NCBI GenBank assembly: GCA_036257195.1
Contig: DATAFX010000031.1
Span: 1-60,547 of the forward strand
Length of the DNA stretch: 60,547 nucleotides
Reading direction: 5' to 3'
Origin: Candidatus Methylomirabilota bacterium
GTDB lineage: Bacteria; Methylomirabilota; Methylomirabilia; Rokubacteriales; DASRDR01
The notes under the pieces were generated by a model. It ran no database searches. It saw nothing but the letters and a program-made list of their open reading frames with translations, and was not told where the DNA came from. The position numbers were made by a program, and so were the translations under genes. Below are positions 47,219-54,770 of this stretch, piece after piece; within the stretch, counting starts at the first letter, position 1; the number at the start of each line of letters is the position of its first letter.

Positions 47219-48844
47219 ATGGCCGAGCCGCGGGGAGAGAAGAAGCTCCGGGACGTGACGTACCTCGACGGGATCGACGTGAAGCCCGTCTACGGACCCG
47301 CCGACGTGGCCGGCCTCGACTACGGGCGCGACCTCGGCGACCCCGGTGAGTACCCGTTCACGCGCGGGATCCACCCGCATATGTACCGCTCCCGCGTGTG
47401 GACGATGCGCCAGTACGTCGGCTTCGGGACGCCGGCGGAGACGAACGCGCGATTCAAGTACCTGATGGCCCACGGCCAGGACGCGCTCAACGTCGCCTTC
47501 GACCTGCCGACGCAGCTCGGGCTCGACTCCGACGACCCGCGCGCCGAAGGCGAGGTGGGCCGGGTGGGCATGGCGATCGACTCCCTCCTCGACATGGAGG
47601 AGGCGTTCGACGGCATCGCCGCCGACCGCGTGTCCATCTCGTTCACGATCAACTCCATGGCCGCCTTCATCCAGGCGATGTTCCTGGTGGTCGCCGAGAA
47701 GCAAGGCGTCGCCTGGGACCGGGTGGTCACCACGCCCCAGAACGACATCCTCAAGGAGTTCGTCGCGCGCGGGACATGGGTGTATCCGGTGGACCCGTCG
47801 CTCCGCCTCGTCTGCGACATCGCCGAGTTCTGCGCGCGCCGCGCGCCGAAGGTCAATCCCATCTCCGTCTGCGGCTACCACATCCGGGAGGCGGGGTGCA
47901 CGCCCGCCCAGGAGATGGCCTACGGGCTCCTGATCGTCGCCGCCTACACGGATCTTCTGGTGAAGCGCGGCCTGTCCGTCGACGAGTTCGCGCCGCGTCT
48001 CTCGTTCAACTTCACGTGCTGGGGCCGGCTCTTCGAGGAGGTCGCGAAGTTCCGGGCGGGGCGGCGGCTGTACGCCCGCATGATGAAGGAGCGCTTCGGG
48101 GCGCAGAATCCCCGGTCGATGATGTTCCGGGCCCTGATCGGCGGCGGGGGCTCCGGCTTCACCGTTCAGGAACCTGAGAACAACATCGTCCGCGGCGCGT
48201 ACTACAGCCTCGCGGCGGCGCTGTCCGGGTGCCAGACGAGCGCGCTCCCGACCTACGACGAGGCCTACACGATTCCGTCGCCCAAGGCCCAGCTCATCGC
48301 GCTCCGCACGATGCAGATCTGTGCGGAGGAGACGGGGGTCGCCGACACCGTCGATCCCCTGGCCGGCTCCTACTTCGTCGAGGCGCTCACCGCCGAGATG
48401 GAGGCGCGGATCCGGGCCGAGATTGAGCGGGTCGAGCGGATGGGCGGGATCGTAGAGGCGATCAAGTCGGGCGCCATCCAGGCGGAGGTCGCGCGCCAGG
48501 CGTACCGGTTCGAGCAGATGATGCTCTCGGGCGAGTACCCGAAGGTGGGCGTGAACCGTCACGTGGCGCCGGACGCCGACCGCGACGCCTCCGACGCGAT
48601 CGAGCTCTACGCGTTCGATCCCCGGGTGGCCGAGGCGCAGGTTGCCCGCCTCCGCCGCCTTCGCCGCGAGCGGGCGCAGGGCGCCGCGGAACAGGCGCTC
48701 GCCCGGCTCCGCGACACGGCCCGCGGCCGCGAGAACCTCATGCCGCCGATCCTGGAGGCGGTTCGGGCTTACGCCACGCTGGGAGAGATGGCCGGCGCCC
48801 TCCGCGACGTGTGGGGCGAGCACAAGGAACCGACCGCCTTCTGA
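47219..48844 (+). CDS. methylmalonyl-CoA mutase family large (catalytic) subunit
   Basis: FTRGIHPHMYRSRVWTMRQYVGFGTPAETNARFKYL...DALNVAFDLPTQLG. Confidence 0.9.
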   Translation: MAEPRGEKKLRDVTYLDGIDVKPVYGPADVAGLDYGRDLGDPGEYPFTRGIHPHMYRSRVWTMRQYVGFGTPAETNARFKYLMAHGQDALNVAFDLPTQLGLDSDDPRAEGEVGRVGMAIDSLLDMEEAFDGIAADRVSISFTINSMAAFIQAMFLVVAEKQGVAWDRVVTTPQNDILKEFVARGTWVYPVDPSLRLVCDIAEFCARRAPKVNPISVCGYHIREAGCTPAQEMAYGLLIVAAYTDLLVKRGLSVDEFAPRLSFNFTCWGRLFEEVAKFRAGRRLYARMMKERFGAQNPRSMMFRALIGGGGSGFTVQEPENNIVRGAYYSLAAALSGCQTSALPTYDEAYTIPSPKAQLIALRTMQICAEETGVADTVDPLAGSYFVEALTAEMEARIRAEIERVERMGGIVEAIKSGAIQAEVARQAYRFEQMMLSGEYPKVGVNRHVAPDADRDASDAIELYAFDPRVAEAQVARLRRLRRERAQGAAEQALARLRDTARGRENLMPPILEAVRAYATLGEMAGALRDVWGEHKEPTAF

Positions 48845-48852
48845 CCAGAGCC

Positions 48853-49581
48853 GTGGGGACCGCAGAGGCCGCCTGGCTCGGCTACAAGGCGCGGAGCTTC
48901 GAGCTCCTGGCGCTCACCGACGGGGACCACGTCCTCGACGTCGGCTGCGGGACCGGGGAGGACGTCCGGACCCTCGCCGGGCGATTCCCGGGCGTGTCGG
49001 TGATCGGGATCGACGCGAGCGAGGACAAGATCCGCGAGGCGCGGGCCCGCACACTCGGCTTGCCGTGGCCCCTGGACTTCCAGGCCGGCGACGCGTACGC
49101 GCTGCCCTTCGAGGGCGAGGCGTTCGACGCCTGCCGGGCCGATCGCGTGTTCCACCACCTCGTGGCCCCCGACAAGGCGCTCACCGAGATGGTGCGCGTC
49201 GCGCGGCCGGGCGGGCGGGTGGTGGTGAGCGACACCGACTACGACAGCCTGGTCGTGGAGGCTCCGGACCTCGAGCTGACCCGCCGGATCCTCGCCCACC
49301 ACGCCGACCGGATGGAGAGCGGCCGGATCGGTCGCCGGCTTCCCGGGCTGTTCCTCGCCGCGGGCCTGGCGGCGGTCGCGGTGACGCCGTACGCCGCCGT
49401 GTCCACCGAGTACGACGAGGGGGTGCTGAAGCTCCGCGACAAGGCCGAGCGGGCGGCCGCGGCCGGCGCGATCGGGGCGGCCGACGTCGGCCGGTGGGTG
49501 GAGAGCCTGATCGAGGCGGACCGCGCCGGCCGGTTCGTGTGCGCCCAGATCGTCCTCACCGTGTACGGCCAGAAGGCGTGA
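48853..49581 (+). CDS. class I SAM-dependent methyltransferase
   Basis: VLDVGCGTGED, ARPGGRVVVSD. Start set at GTG 48853, just after the mutase stop; the ORF track start is 48811. Confidence 0.7.
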   Translation: MGTAEAAWLGYKARSFELLALTDGDHVLDVGCGTGEDVRTLAGRFPGVSVIGIDASEDKIREARARTLGLPWPLDFQAGDAYALPFEGEAFDACRADRVFHHLVAPDKALTEMVRVARPGGRVVVSDTDYDSLVVEAPDLELTRRILAHHADRMESGRIGRRLPGLFLAAGLAAVAVTPYAAVSTEYDEGVLKLRDKAERAAAAGAIGAADVGRWVESLIEADRAGRFVCAQIVLTVYGQKA

Positions 49582-50351
49582 CCCGAACGCCCTCGCTGGC
49601 CGCGTCGCCGCCCCCGGAGCGGCCCTACGCGACCCTGGCCCCCTACTTCGCCCAGCTGTTCGAACCGCGGGGGATCCGGCGATGGTTCGTCGGCGCCTCG
49701 GGACTCGTGGCGGCGGCCGGGCTCCGGACCGGGCGTCACCTCGACGTGGGGGCCGGCACCTGCCGGTACAGCCGGTACTGGGCGCGGGCGGGTTTCCGGT
49801 CGGTGTGCCTCGACGTGCTGCACCAGATGCTGGTGCGGGCCAGGCTCGCCGGAACCGGGGGCCGCCTCGCCCGGGTCTGCGGGACTCTCGACTGCCTGCG
49901 CCCGGCGCCGGCCTTCGATCTGGTCACGGCGATCGACGACGTCGTCGCGTACGTGAGCGCGCAGGACGAGGGTCTCGACGGGTTCCTCGGGCAGCTGCGA
50001 CCCCGAGTGCGGCCGGGCGGCCTCTTCCTCTTCGACTTCATCACGCCGGCCGGCCGCCGGCGCTACACCTTCCGCAACTCTCGCGTCGTGGCGGACGGGC
50101 GCATCGCGGCCGACAGCCGCGGGCGTTTCGACGAGGCGGCCCGCATCCTCTCGGTCGACCTCACGTTCGAGACGCCGCACCACGTCGCCCGCGAGCGCCA
50201 CGTGATGCGGCTCCACACCGTGGAGGAGGTCGAGGCGGCGCTCCGGCGGCACGGCTTCGACGTGGTCGTGGTGACGGACCTCTACGACGGCGCCGGCGTC
50301 TCGTTCCGGGCCGGCCAGCCCTCCTACGACGTCCTGGCCCGGCGCCGGTGA
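49578..50351 (+). CDS. class I SAM-dependent methyltransferase
   Basis: HLDVGAGTCRYS, RPGGLFLFDF. GTGA overlap with the preceding methyltransferase gene. Confidence 0.7.
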   Translation: MTRTPSLAASPPPERPYATLAPYFAQLFEPRGIRRWFVGASGLVAAAGLRTGRHLDVGAGTCRYSRYWARAGFRSVCLDVLHQMLVRARLAGTGGRLARVCGTLDCLRPAPAFDLVTAIDDVVAYVSAQDEGLDGFLGQLRPRVRPGGLFLFDFITPAGRRRYTFRNSRVVADGRIAADSRGRFDEAARILSVDLTFETPHHVARERHVMRLHTVEEVEAALRRHGFDVVVVTDLYDGAGVSFRAGQPSYDVLARRR

Positions 50352-50374
50352 GGACTCGCCCGGATCCTGTCCCC

Positions 50375-50413
50375 TTGACCGAGCCGCTACATGGTCATTA
50401 CTATATGACCATG
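50375..50413 (+). promoter_or_regulatory. sigma70-like promoter TTGACC-18 nt-TACTAT with perfect 9-bp inverted repeat CATGGTCAT/ATGACCATG flanking the -10 (TA operator)
   Basis: -35 at 50375-50380, -10 at 50399-50404, IR arms at 50390-50398 and 50405-50413. An AT-rich patch in GC-rich DNA, followed by GGAGGAG and ATG 50431. Confidence 0.5.
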
Positions 50414-50430
50414 CTCGTGTGGAGGAGACT

Positions 50431-50664
50431 ATGAAGACTGTACCGGCAGGGGAGTTCAAGGCGCGGTGTCTCCGGATCATGGAGGAAGTGCGCACCAAGC
50501 GGGTCACCGTGCTCATCACGAAGAAGGGGCGTCCGGTCGCCAAGCTGGTCCCGGCGGACGAGGACGCCGACGAGGTGTTCGGCCGGCTCCAGGGTGTCCT
50601 GGAAATCACCGGAGACATCGAGGCGCCGGTGGTGGCGCCGGAGGACTGGAAGGTGCTGCGGTGA
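50431..50664 (+). CDS. Phd/YefM-type antitoxin
   Basis: MKTVPAGEFKARCLRIMEEVRTKRVTVLITKKGRPVAKLVP. Confidence 0.8.
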   Translation: MKTVPAGEFKARCLRIMEEVRTKRVTVLITKKGRPVAKLVPADEDADEVFGRLQGVLEITGDIEAPVVAPEDWKVLR

Positions 50665-51056
50665 TCCTGCTCGACACTCACGCCCTGGTCTGGCTGGTGG
50701 CCGAGCCAGCCCGACTGTCGCGAGCGGCGACGGACGCTATCCGGAGAGCCCGATCGACGGGTGGCCTCGCGATCGCGTCGATCACGCTATGGGAGTTGGC
50801 GATCCTCTTCTTCCGTGGGCACGTCCGGGGCCACGGCACCGTCGACGCGTCGATTCGGCAGGTAGTGGACGCCGCCCAGGTCTCGATGCGGGAAATCACG
50901 CCGGTGATCGCTGCCCTGTCCGTTCAGTTCCCGGACGACTTCCCGCGCGACCCGGCGGATCGCCTCATCGCCGCGACGGCGCGGGCCGAGGGGTTGACCC
51001 TCGTGACCCGGGACGAGCGGATCCGCGCGAGCACCCTGGTCAGGACCGTGTGGTGA
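50661..51056 (+). CDS. vapC: PIN-domain toxin VapC
   Basis: VILLDTHALVWLV ... SITLWELA ... DPADRLIAATARAEGLTLVTRDERI. GTGA overlap with the antitoxin gene. Confidence 0.85.
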   Translation: MILLDTHALVWLVAEPARLSRAATDAIRRARSTGGLAIASITLWELAILFFRGHVRGHGTVDASIRQVVDAAQVSMREITPVIAALSVQFPDDFPRDPADRLIAATARAEGLTLVTRDERIRASTLVRTVW

Positions 51057-51110
51057 CTGTGGGGCGGTACGTCGGTGGTTGGATCACGTCCAGCCCGCCA
51101 AGGTGAGCGG

Positions 51111-52094
51111 GTGACGCCGATCGAGGGTATCTCGCGACGTGTCCTCCTGATGGGGGCCGTCCTCTTCGGGATGCTGCTTCCTGCCGGAGCGCAGCCGCCG
51201 AGCACGATTCCCCGGGTAGGCGTGCTTCGCTTGGACGCCCGCCCGGAGCCAATCGAGGAGCTGCGCGAGGGGCTGCGGCAGCTCGGCTGGGTGGAGGGCC
51301 GGACCGTGGTGCTCGAGATACGAACGGCGAGCGGACGGCCTGAGCGGCTTCCCGACCTGGCTGCCGACCTCGTCCGGCGTCAGGTCGATGTCATCGTGAC
51401 CCACGGGCCCCAGGGTGTTCACGCCGCGCGTGACGCGACACGGACCATCCCGATCGTCATGGGACGCATGGACGACGCCGACGGTCATGGGTTCGTAGCC
51501 AACTTCGCTCGGCCCGAGGGCAACGTCACGGGGCTCTCGTTCCAGGCGGGCGAGCTTGCCGGCAAGTGGCTCCAGCTCCTGAGGGAGATGTTGCCGCGGC
51601 TGGATCGTGTCGCGCTCCTCTGGGATACGACGGGCACATCCAACCAGCTCCGGACCGCGCAAGAGGCCGCGCGGGCGCTCGGGGTCGCGGTGCGGGTCGT
51701 CGAGGTGCGCGGCGCGCAAGATCTCAAGGGCGCCATCGAGATCGCCCGTCGCGAGCGGGTCGACGCGCTGGTCATTCTCGGATCGGCGCTGCTGTCGAGC
51801 GAGGCCGAGCGGCTCGCGGAGCTCACGACTGGTGCCCGCATCCCCGCCATCTACTACCACCCGCGATTCACGGCAGCGGGCGGGTTGCTGAGTTACGGCC
51901 CACGCGGGACGGAGTTCAGCTGGCGGCGGGCCGCCGTCTTCGTCGATCGCCTCCTGAAAGGGGCCCGTCCCGCGGATCTTCCGGTGGAGCAGCCTACGCA
52001 GTTCGATTTGGTCGTGAACGCGAAGACCGCGCGGCGCCTCGGCGTGACGGTTCCCCAGTCCCTTCTTCTCCAAGCCAACGAGATCATCCAATGA
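51111..52094 (+). CDS. ABC-transporter substrate-binding protein (ABC_sub_bind type), intact paralog of 35594-36588
   Basis: IPRVGVL, RPEGNVTGLS, LKGARPADLPVEQPTQFDLVVNAKTARRLGVTVPQSLLLQANEIIQ. The start is uncertain (GTG 51111 or 51075). Confidence 0.8.
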   Translation: MTPIEGISRRVLLMGAVLFGMLLPAGAQPPSTIPRVGVLRLDARPEPIEELREGLRQLGWVEGRTVVLEIRTASGRPERLPDLAADLVRRQVDVIVTHGPQGVHAARDATRTIPIVMGRMDDADGHGFVANFARPEGNVTGLSFQAGELAGKWLQLLREMLPRLDRVALLWDTTGTSNQLRTAQEAARALGVAVRVVEVRGAQDLKGAIEIARRERVDALVILGSALLSSEAERLAELTTGARIPAIYYHPRFTAAGGLLSYGPRGTEFSWRRAAVFVDRLLKGARPADLPVEQPTQFDLVVNAKTARRLGVTVPQSLLLQANEIIQ

Positions 52095-52113
52095 CAACGG
52101 AAGGGCCCGGCTG

Positions 52114-53307
52114 ATGCTCCTTGAAGGCGTCCGGGTGCTCGACCTCTCGCGCATGCTGGCGGGGCCTTACGGCTCGATGCTTCTGGCCGACCTTGGGGCG
52201 GAGGTCGTCAAGATCGAGGAGCCGGGCGGCGGAGACCCGATGCGCGTCATGGGGCCGCCGTTCCTCGGGCCCGACCGCGAGAGCGCGTACTTCCTCTCGA
52301 TCAACCGGAACAAGAAGAGCGTCGCCCTCGACCTCGAGAAGCCCGAGGGTCAGGAGGTCTTCCACGATCTCTGCCGGGTGTCCGACGTGGTGTGGGAAAA
52401 TTTCCGCCCCGGCGTGATGGCCCGGCTCGGCTGCGCGCCCGAGACGCTCCGCCGGCTCAACCCACGGCTCGTCGTCTGCTCGATCTCCGCCTTCGGCCAG
52501 GAAGGGCCGTACCGCGAGTGGCCCGCGTTCGACCTCGCGCTCCAGGCCATGGGCGGGGCGATGAGCCTCACGGGCGAGGCCGGCCGGCCGCCGGCGCGCA
52601 TGGGGTTGCCGATGGGGGATCTCGCGGGCGGGATGTTTGGCGCGCTCGCGGTAGCGAGCGCGCTCTTCCGCCGGGCGCAGACCGGGGAGGGCGCACACTT
52701 CGATCTCTCGCTTCTCGACTGCCAGGTCTCGCTGCTGACGTACGTCGCCCAGTACTTCTGGGCGGACGGGCGTGTGCCGGCGCGCGTTGGCTCGGGGCAC
52801 GCCTCGGTCGTCCCGTACCAGGCGTTCCCGACGCGGGACGGTCACGTCGTCGTTGCGGTCTTCGCCGAGAAGTTCTGGACGGGCTTCTGCCGGGCGATCG
52901 AGCGCCCGGACCTCGCCGCTGACCCGCGATTCGACTCGAACGTGAAGCGGGTGGAGGGCCGCCAGGAGCTCGTACCGGTGCTGGAGTCGCTCTTTCCCGC
53001 GCGGACGACGGCGGAGTGGCTCGCCCGGTTGCACCGGGAGGGCGTGCCGGCGGCGCCGATCAACACGGTGGACCAGGTGGTGAGCGACCCCCAGGTGCTC
53101 CAGCGCCAGATGGTGGTGGACCTCGAGCACCCGACGCTCGGGGCGCTCAGCACGCTCGGCACGCCGATCAAGGCGGCGGGCGCCCCGGCCTTCCACGCGC
53201 TCCCGCCTCCCGCGCTCGGCGCGCACACCGAGTCGATTCTTCGCGGCGTGCTGGACTACCCGCCGGAGCGGATCGACACTTTGCGGCGGCGGCGCATCAT
53301 CGCCTGA
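52114..53307 (+). CDS. CaiB/BaiF family (class III) CoA-transferase
   Basis: LEGVRVLDLSRMLAGPYGSMLLADLGAEVVKIEEP. Confidence 0.9.
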   Translation: MLLEGVRVLDLSRMLAGPYGSMLLADLGAEVVKIEEPGGGDPMRVMGPPFLGPDRESAYFLSINRNKKSVALDLEKPEGQEVFHDLCRVSDVVWENFRPGVMARLGCAPETLRRLNPRLVVCSISAFGQEGPYREWPAFDLALQAMGGAMSLTGEAGRPPARMGLPMGDLAGGMFGALAVASALFRRAQTGEGAHFDLSLLDCQVSLLTYVAQYFWADGRVPARVGSGHASVVPYQAFPTRDGHVVVAVFAEKFWTGFCRAIERPDLAADPRFDSNVKRVEGRQELVPVLESLFPARTTAEWLARLHREGVPAAPINTVDQVVSDPQVLQRQMVVDLEHPTLGALSTLGTPIKAAGAPAFHALPPPALGAHTESILRGVLDYPPERIDTLRRRRIIA

Positions 53308-53339
53308 CGCGATCCTGGCGACACCCGGCCGACCGGCAG

Positions 53340-53348
53340 TGCTAGACT
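53340..53348 (+). promoter_or_regulatory. extended -10 element TGCTAGACT upstream of the molybdenum hydroxylase operon
   Basis: Followed by GAGGAGGA (53366-53373) and the inferred CTG start at 53377. Confidence 0.35.
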
Positions 53349-53376
53349 GACGCCCACGAGCCGCCGAGGAGGACGC

Positions 53377-54252
53377 CTGAGGCCTTCGTTCGCGTACCTT
53401 CGTCCCGAAACACTGGAGGAGGCGTGCGGGCTCCTCACCTCGGAGCCGCGCGCGGCGATCCTGGCCGGTGGCACCGATCTCATGGTCCATCTCCGCCAGT
53501 CCCAGCGCGGCAAGCGCCCGCCGGCGGTGATCAACGTCAAGCGCATCCCGGGGCTGGGCCGGATCGACGTGGGCGGAGACGCCATCCGCCTGGGCGCCCT
53601 CGCGACGCTGACCGCGCTCATCGAGCACCCGGTGATCGCGGCCGAATACCCGGTCCTGCCGTTCACGGCGCGCTACATGGGGTCTCCCGCCATCCGGCAC
53701 CTCGCCACGGTCGGGGGCAACCTCTGCAACGCCTCCCCGGCGGCGGACCTCCCGCCGGTGCTGCTCGTCCTCGACGCCGAGGTGGGCATCGTCGGCCCGA
53801 CCGGGGCGCGGCGCCTGCCGCTGGACCGGTTCTTCCGAGGTCCGGGCCAGACCGTCTTGGCGGCCGGCGAGCTCCTCGCATGGGTGGAGGTGCCGCGGAA
53901 GCACGCGGGGTGGACCGTGCGCTACGAGCGCCTGGACGTGCGTCGGGCGATGGACATCGCCATCGTCGGGGTCGCCCTGGCCCTCCGCCATGACGGCGCG
54001 CGCGTCACCGAGGCGCGGCTCGCCCTCGGCGCGGTGGCGCCGACGCCGCTCCGCGTGCCGGACGCGGAGGCGGCCCTGATGGCGGGTGGGATCACGCCGG
54101 CGGCCATCGAGCGGGCGGCCGAGCTCGCGATGGCGGCCGCACGGCCGATCAGCGACGTGCGGGCGACGGCGGAGTATCGCCGCGACATGGTGGGAGTCCT
54201 GGTACGGCGCGCGCTGGCCTCGCTCGTGGCCGGTTCGGTGAGCCGCGCGTGA
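53377..54252 (+). CDS. FAD-binding medium subunit of a xanthine dehydrogenase-family molybdenum hydroxylase (CoxM-like); inferred CTG start
   Basis: The conserved N-terminus LRPSFAYLRPETLEEACGLL...AILAGGTDLM lies upstream of the first ATG (53482). No in-frame ATG, GTG or TTG follows the stop at 53305. Confidence 0.75.
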   Translation: MRPSFAYLRPETLEEACGLLTSEPRAAILAGGTDLMVHLRQSQRGKRPPAVINVKRIPGLGRIDVGGDAIRLGALATLTALIEHPVIAAEYPVLPFTARYMGSPAIRHLATVGGNLCNASPAADLPPVLLVLDAEVGIVGPTGARRLPLDRFFRGPGQTVLAAGELLAWVEVPRKHAGWTVRYERLDVRRAMDIAIVGVALALRHDGARVTEARLALGAVAPTPLRVPDAEAALMAGGITPAAIERAAELAMAAARPISDVRATAEYRRDMVGVLVRRALASLVAGSVSRA

Positions 54253-54770
54253 GCGACCGCTACCCGCTGGAGCTGACCGTCAACGGGCGGCCGGTGCGCC
54301 GCGAAGTCCCGGGCTCGCGCACGCTGCTCGAGCTCCTCCGCGGGGATCTCCGTCTCACCGGGACCAATCTCTCGTGCGACACCGGCGACTGCGGCGCCTG
54401 CACGGTCCTGGTGGACGGCCGGCCGGTGACGGCGTGCCTGGTCCTGGCCCTCGACGTCGAGGGGAGCGAGGTCACGACCATCGAGGGCCTGGCGGCGCGG
54501 TGGCACGCCCGGTCGGGGGACCGCTCGCCCACGCTCCATCCGGTCCAGCAGGGCTTCCTCGAGGAGGGCGGCGCCCAGTGCGGGTTCTGCACCGCCGGGA
54601 TGATCATGGCCGCCGCCGGCTTCCTCGAGGCGAGCCCCGACCCCACCGAGGCGGAGATTCGCGCCGCCCTCGAGGGGAATCTCTGCCGCTGCACGGGCTA
54701 CATCAAGATCATCAGCGCGGTCCAGGTCGCCGCCGAGCGCATGCGCGCGATGCGGGAGGCGCGAGCGTGA
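54249..54770 (+). CDS. [2Fe-2S]-binding small subunit (CoxS-like)
   Basis: CDTGDCGACTV and GAQCGFCTAGMIM...CRCTGY. GTGA overlap with the preceding gene. Confidence 0.9.
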   Translation: MSDRYPLELTVNGRPVRREVPGSRTLLELLRGDLRLTGTNLSCDTGDCGACTVLVDGRPVTACLVLALDVEGSEVTTIEGLAARWHARSGDRSPTLHPVQQGFLEEGGAQCGFCTAGMIMAAAGFLEASPDPTEAEIRAALEGNLCRCTGYIKIISAVQVAAERMRAMREARA

